A stretch of 64,000 nt of DNA from assembly GCA_963822965.1 (NCBI GenBank), contig CAWGJT010000005.1:64001-128000 (forward strand), read 5' to 3'. Below, piece after piece: positions 60,772 through 64,000 of the stretch. The position numbers and the translations under genes were made by a program. This stretch comes from an uncultured delta proteobacterium (GTDB taxonomy: Bacteria; Myxococcota_A; UBA9160; UBA4427). A model generated the notes under the pieces. It made no database searches. It was not told where the DNA came from and saw only the letters and a list, made by a program, of their open reading frames with translations. Each line of letters opens with the position of its first letter. Positions within the stretch are counted from its first letter, which is position 1.

Positions 60772-62142
60772 TCAGGGCTCGTGGCAGAGCCGGGACTGGA
60801 TGCTCGAGAGTCCGGTGTCGTCGAGGCTCTGGACCACCCGCGACGCGGCCTGCATGCCGCTCGTGAGCGCGCCTTCCACCGTGGGGCCGATCAGGTAGTC
60901 GCCGGCGAACGCGAGCCGCGGCGACCGGTCGATGCGCACCTGGAAGTGCTCCAGGCGCGACAGGGCACCGCGCGGGAAGATCGGCCGGGCGTGGGCCCAA
61001 CGGTGCACGACACTGTGGTGTGGCTCGAGGCGGCCGAGGGGGGTGCGGGCCAGGGCGTCCAGGGTCCAGCCGGCGATCTCCTCGTCCTTCGCCTGGGCGA
61101 GGCGCCGGATGGGCTCGTCGCCCAGATGCGCCGTGAGCAGCCCGGCGCCCGGCGGCGCCGCGCCGACCTCCCGGTGCGACTGGAACAGCGCCCGCAGCCC
61201 GGTTCCTTCGCTGCGCGCGAACGCGGTGCCGAAGGGCAGACCCCGGGGCGGCTGGTCCAGCAGGAAGTCCACCTGGATGCCGGGCGCGTAGGTCACCGAC
61301 CCGAAGAACGAGCGCTCGTCGCCGGTGAGGCCGGCGCACAGCTGGGGAACCACCGGGCCCGGCACCGCCATCACCACGGCATCCGCCAGGAAGCTCCGCT
61401 CCCGGCCGTTGCCGCGATAGCGCACACGGGCGCCACCCCGGGCCGTCTCCACCGAGAACACCTCGCAGCCCGTGCGGACCGCCACCGTGCGAGCCAGCTC
61501 CTCGGAGAGGGTCGCGAGCCCGCCCTCGAAGGTGATCGGCGCCGCACCCAGCGCCAGGGAACGCAGGCAGAGCAGGAAGAACGCGGACGACATGTCCTGG
61601 GGCTCGCAGCCGTAGAGGGCGGAGCAGATCGGTGCCAGCAGGCGGTCCCGGGCCGCCTCTCCCGCGATCCGAGCGGCGAAGCCCGGCATGCGCTCGCCGT
61701 TCTCGAGCCGCGCCGCGCGTTCGGGCTGCACCGGGTCCAGCCGATCGCGCCGCCGGAACACCTCCGCGGCCAGCCGCCCCAGCCGCAGGCGAGCGCCGGC
61801 CGGCAGCAGGTGCGAACGCAGGGCGGCGAGTCCCGGGGCCAGCGTGCAGGGCTCGAGCTTGCCGCCGTACAGCACGGCCCCGGGCACGGAGCCCCCCGGC
61901 TCGAGCTCCAGCCTTCGCGCGCCGAGACCCAGGGCGTTCGCGACGCTCACGACGTTGCGCTGGCCGTCGGTGACGAAGGACGCGCCGGCCTGCACGCGAT
62001 AGTCGCCGTGGGGCTCCGCGCGCAGCCGCCCGCCGATCGCCTGGGACTGCTCCAGCACCTCGACGTCGTGGCCGGCCCGCTTCAGGCGCCACGCGCAGAC
62101 GAGGCCGGACACCCCGGCACCGACCACCACGATGCCCGCCAT
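60772..62142 (-). CDS. FAD-dependent oxidoreductase, protoporphyrinogen oxidase/amine oxidase family
   Basis: VVGAGVSGL, IGGRL, FEGGLATL, FAGDYL.GPTVEGALTSG. Confidence 0.8.
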   Translation of the reverse strand: MAGIVVVGAGVSGLVCAWRLKRAGHDVEVLEQSQAIGGRLRAEPHGDYRVQAGASFVTDGQRNVVSVANALGLGARRLELEPGGSVPGAVLYGGKLEPCTLAPGLAALRSHLLPAGARLRLGRLAAEVFRRRDRLDPVQPERAARLENGERMPGFAARIAGEAARDRLLAPICSALYGCEPQDMSSAFFLLCLRSLALGAAPITFEGGLATLSEELARTVAVRTGCEVFSVETARGGARVRYRGNGRERSFLADAVVMAVPGPVVPQLCAGLTGDERSFFGSVTYAPGIQVDFLLDQPPRGLPFGTAFARSEGTGLRALFQSHREVGAAPPGAGLLTAHLGDEPIRRLAQAKDEEIAGWTLDALARTPLGRLEPHHSVVHRWAHARPIFPRGALSRLEHFQVRIDRSPRLAFAGDYLIGPTVEGALTSGMQAASRVVQSLDDTGLSSIQSRLCHEP

Positions 62143-62576
62143 CAGGCGGTCCCTCCGGACCCGGGCCCGGGGGCGCCTTCTTGGGGCGCGTCGATCAGCT
62201 GGCGCACGGCGCGATGCGCCTCTCTGGGCGAGAAGGGCTTGCGCAGGAAGACACCCCCCAGAGCCTCCAGCCGCCGTCGCAGGGCCGGCGGAAGCTCGTC
62301 TCCGCTGGTGAGAACCACGCGCAGATCCTCGCGCATGCGAAGCAATCTCGAAAGCAGGGGCTCGACGCCCTCGGGCGGCAGCACCACGTCGAGGACGACC
62401 GCGGCGATCTCGTCCCGGTGGAGCCCGAAGAGCCGCTCCGCCTCGGCCGCTGTGCCGGCGGACAGCACCCGGAAGCCGCTCCGGCGAAAGACGCGCTCGA
62501 GCAGGCGCAGGAGCTGGGCCTCATCGTCGACGACGAGCAGGCTGCGGGGCTCGGCGGTGGGAGGGACCGGGGTCAT
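62142..62576 (-). CDS. Single-domain response regulator receiver
   Basis: LVVDDE, VVLDVVLP (phospho-Asp), LTSG, FLRKPFS. Confidence 0.88.
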   Translation of the reverse strand: MTPVPPTAEPRSLLVVDDEAQLLRLLERVFRRSGFRVLSAGTAAEAERLFGLHRDEIAAVVLDVVLPPEGVEPLLSRLLRMREDLRVVLTSGDELPPALRRRLEALGGVFLRKPFSPREAHRAVRQLIDAPQEGAPGPGSGGTA

Positions 62577-62697
62577 GGAGGGAGTCTAGGTCCACCCGGG
62601 TCCCGCCCCGGCGGAAACCCTCGAGTTCACTATCGAAGTTCCACGGCGGGCCCATTGATGAAACGATGTCTTCACCATTCCGACCCGCGAGATCCCG

Positions 62698-62727
62698 CTT
62701 GACGGTTGGCGAAAACAAGACGAAAGT
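62698..62727 (+). promoter_or_regulatory. dnaE2 promoter with putative LexA/SOS direct-repeat operator
   Basis: TTGACG-N17-GAAAGT with GCGAAA-ACAAGA-CGAAA; aligns position for position with 50684-50713. Confidence 0.7.
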
Positions 62728-62733
62728 GGTCGA

Positions 62734-64000
62734 GTGAGCACCCCCCTCACCCGCTCCGAGCGCTCCGCGTACGTCGAGCTGCGAGCCCGCAGCTCGTTCT
62801 CGTTCCTCGAAGGCGCCTCGAACCCCGAGGATCTCGCCACCCGGGCGGCCGAGCTGGGCTTCTCCGCCCTGGCGGTCGGCGACCGCGACGGGGTCTACGG
62901 GATTCCGCGCTTCCACCAGGCGGCCGTACAGGCGGGGGTGCGCGCGATCCACGGCGCCGAGATCAGCCTGGACGTCGGCCCGACCCGAGAGAGCGGCAGG
63001 CCGGCAGGCGCGCACCGCTTCACCGCCGGAGAGCGCCCGCCTTCCGCCGCCGGAGATCGCCCGCCTTCCGCCGCCGGAGATCGCCCGCCTTCCGCCGCCG
63101 GACAACGCCTGCCCTCCCTGCTGCTGCTCGCGGAATCTCCCGCCGGCTGGCGCAGCCTGTGCCGGCTGCTCACCCGGGCGCACGAGGGCCGCGCCAAGGA
63201 CGAGGCGAGGCTCGACTTCGAGCAGCTCGAGGAGGAGGCCCGCGATCTCACGGTGCTCGTCGCCGCGGACGAGCGTCTCGACCCGGCGCTGCTCGACCGC
63301 ACGCTCGCGGTCTTCGGCCGGGCAGGACGCAGCGACGAGCGGGTGTGGGTGGACGTCTCGCGACCCCTCGACCGGGGCAGCGAGCGCGCGGCGCGTCGAG
63401 CCGTCGCCATCGCCGAGGCCGCCGGGGTGCCGATCGTCGCCACGGGCGACGTGCGCTGCGCCCGGGCCGAGGACCGCAAGCTCCTCGACGCCCTCACCTG
63501 CCTCTACTGGCGCACCACCCTGGACGCGGCGGGGCGCCGGCTGCTGCCCAACGGCGAGCACTACCTGCGCCCTCCCGAGCAGATGGCCGAGCGCTTCCGC
63601 GACCGGCCCGCGTGGGTGCGCGCCAGCCGCACCATCGCCGATCGCTGCGCGTTCACCCTCGCGAACCTGGGCTACCGCTTCCCCGAGTACCCGGTACCTC
63701 CCGGCGAGACCCAGGCCTCGTTCCTGCGCAAGCTCACCTGGATCGGGGCGCGCGAACGCTACGACCGCGCGCGCGGGTCCTTGCGCCGGCGTGTTCGCGC
63801 ACAGCTCGAGCACGAGCTCGCAGTGATCGAGAAGCTCGATCTCTCCGGCTACTTCCTGATCGTCTACGACATCACCCGATTCGCCCTCGAGGAGCGGATG
63901 CTGTGCCAGGGACGCGGCTCCGCGGCCAACAGCGCCGTCTGCTATGCGCTCGGGATCACGGCGGTCGATCCGGTGGGAATGGAGCTGCTCTTCGAGCGCT
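62734..64000 (+). CDS. dnaE2: Error-prone DNA polymerase III alpha homologue DnaE2/ImuC (3' end outside window)
   Basis: Manual translation: YVELRARSSFSFLEGASNPEDL, DRDGVYGIPRF, VATGDV, LLPNGEHYLRP, LGYRFPEYP, GYFLIVYDI, CQGRGSAANSAVCYALGITAVDP..LLFER. The GRGSAANS variant is typical of DnaE2. Confidence 0.92.
   Translation, partial: MSTPLTRSERSAYVELRARSSFSFLEGASNPEDLATRAAELGFSALAVGDRDGVYGIPRFHQAAVQAGVRAIHGAEISLDVGPTRESGRPAGAHRFTAGERPPSAAGDRPPSAAGDRPPSAAGQRLPSLLLLAESPAGWRSLCRLLTRAHEGRAKDEARLDFEQLEEEARDLTVLVAADERLDPALLDRTLAVFGRAGRSDERVWVDVSRPLDRGSERAARRAVAIAEAAGVPIVATGDVRCARAEDRKLLDALTCLYWRTTLDAAGRRLLPNGEHYLRPPEQMAERFRDRPAWVRASRTIADRCAFTLANLGYRFPEYPVPPGETQASFLRKLTWIGARERYDRARGSLRRRVRAQLEHELAVIEKLDLSGYFLIVYDITRFALEERMLCQGRGSAANSAVCYALGITAVDPVGMELLFER
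63025..63117 (+). repeat. In-frame 24-bp tandem repeat inside dnaE2
   Basis: GCCGGAGA(G/T)CGCCCGCCTTCCGCC three times plus a degenerate fourth copy, encoding AGERPPSA-AGDRPPSA-AGDRPPSA-AGQRLPS. Confidence 0.9.

Overview
A very GC-rich bacterial chromosome segment. The gene repertoire suggests Myxococcota or a deltaproteobacterial relative (inference only). Content from left to right: an SDR epimerase and a histone-deacetylase-family gene; a dcw cluster (mraZ-rsmH-ftsL-ftsI-murE-murF-mraY-murD-ftsW-murC-murB-ftsQ-ftsA-ftsZ) that lacks murG and ddl; enoyl-CoA hydratase; ndk; an HxlR-SCP2 regulator with a FadE23/FadE24-like acyl-CoA dehydrogenase pair and a quinone oxidoreductase; DsbD-N and PpiC-like proteins; RNase P RNA; an ArgA-like protein; an SLC13/TrkA-C permease; an RpoD/RpoS-like sigma factor; an RND pump with uppP; thrH; a PhyH dioxygenase; typA; a desaturase; a ChpT-like pseudokinase facing a ferredoxin-PP2C pair; several enzymes; and a dispersed translesion-synthesis region (imuA-imuB, dinB, dnaE2). 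Many genes, including essential ones, carry single-base frameshifts, most likely uncorrected long-read errors, so coordinates of those genes span the reconstructed gene. Best leads: (1) one shared promoter/operator (TTGAC...GCGAAM-N6-CGAAA) ahead of both halves of the split imuAB/dnaE2 cassette; (2) repeated leaderless promoter architecture; (3) two MITE-like families inserted at stop codons; (4) mirrored MraZ operator arrays and a structured mraZ-rsmH spacer; (5) a sensorless ChpT-like phosphotransfer protein; (6) an unannotated 28-aa membrane peptide. I found no CRISPR array, tRNA or rRNA.
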